Origin: Octopus sinensis
Taxonomy: Eukaryota
Length of the DNA: 64,000 bases
NCBI RefSeq assembly: GCF_006345805.1
Contig: NC_043007.1
Coordinates: forward strand, 48,670,001 to 48,734,000
Direction: 5' to 3'
Position numbers and translations under genes: made by a program
Shown here: piece after piece, positions 63,476 to 64,000 of the stretch
How the letters are laid out: the number at the start of each line of letters is the position of its first letter
Position numbering within the stretch: position 1 is the first letter of the stretch
The notes under the pieces: generated by a model
What the model saw: only the letters and a program-made list of their open reading frames with translations
Database searches by the model: none
Told to the model about the DNA's origin: nothing

Positions 63476-63963
63476 GTAAGTGGCAGTGGCTATAACTGTT
63501 TTGTATTTATACCAACCACCACCACCACTATTCATTAAACATCTAAAATCCCCGTCTTTGAGCCACTTTTAACATTTACACTATGTTTCAATCAATTTGT
63601 ATTATGTTTATGTACGTCTCTTTGGACATGTACATATCTCACTGAATTTGTACAAAGAACACTTACTTTAAGCTAATAGTATTAACATTCTTATCTGCCA
63701 CGCCACCAAAGGTGTATGTATCAAAGATTAAGATAGGCAATATGATCAGAAATCAAACTGACCTAAACCTTGTTGTTGTTTTAATTCAGATTTACAAACC
63801 AACATATTGAAATATAAAACAAGAACACAATACAAATCGAGCTCTCATCTATTTAGCACCATGCCAATAAGTCCAATACTTACATCTCACACAGTACATC
63901 TGGAATCACTTCATTTATATTTATGTTTTATTTCATTTATTTTTATTCCCTTTCTTTCTACAG

Positions 63964-64000
63964 ATTGGAGCTGATGGCAGCAACTCAGTTGTACGCAAAA
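63964..64000 (+). CDS. COQ6: COQ6 exon 5 (truncated by window end)
   Basis: cag|IGADGSNSVVRK, the DG motif of FAD monooxygenases. Confidence 0.9.
   Translation, partial: MGADGSNSVVRK

Overview
Repeat-dense, AT-rich eukaryotic DNA. The SINE, RTE and mariner landscape with (TA)n/(CA)n and (GAT)n-tailed LINEs suggests an Octopus-like cephalopod; this is inferred, not demonstrated. Host genes: a head-to-head pair of a FAM161-family gene (minus strand, 1.6-kb first coding exon 52092-50502) and COQ6 (plus strand, exons 1-5 from 53183, running off the window). From memory, human FAM161B and COQ6 have the same arrangement. The most striking structure is a young 7.1-kb Penelope-like retroelement (16348-23474). 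It has a 562-bp unique RT core between two near-identical ~3.25-kb inverted arms, and each arm ends in an outward-facing minimal hammerhead ribozyme; the whole element sits in a (TA)n tract. The same fold-back, outward-hammerhead architecture recurs at four smaller loci (arms ~125-390 bp) that look like different families. Also present: a head-to-head pair of Helitron-like elements, a mariner made of two left ends, several RTE, CR1, hAT and mariner relics, and many tRNA-derived SINEs. No CRISPR, rRNA or true tRNA genes were seen. Coordinates of decayed repeats are approximate and were read by eye.
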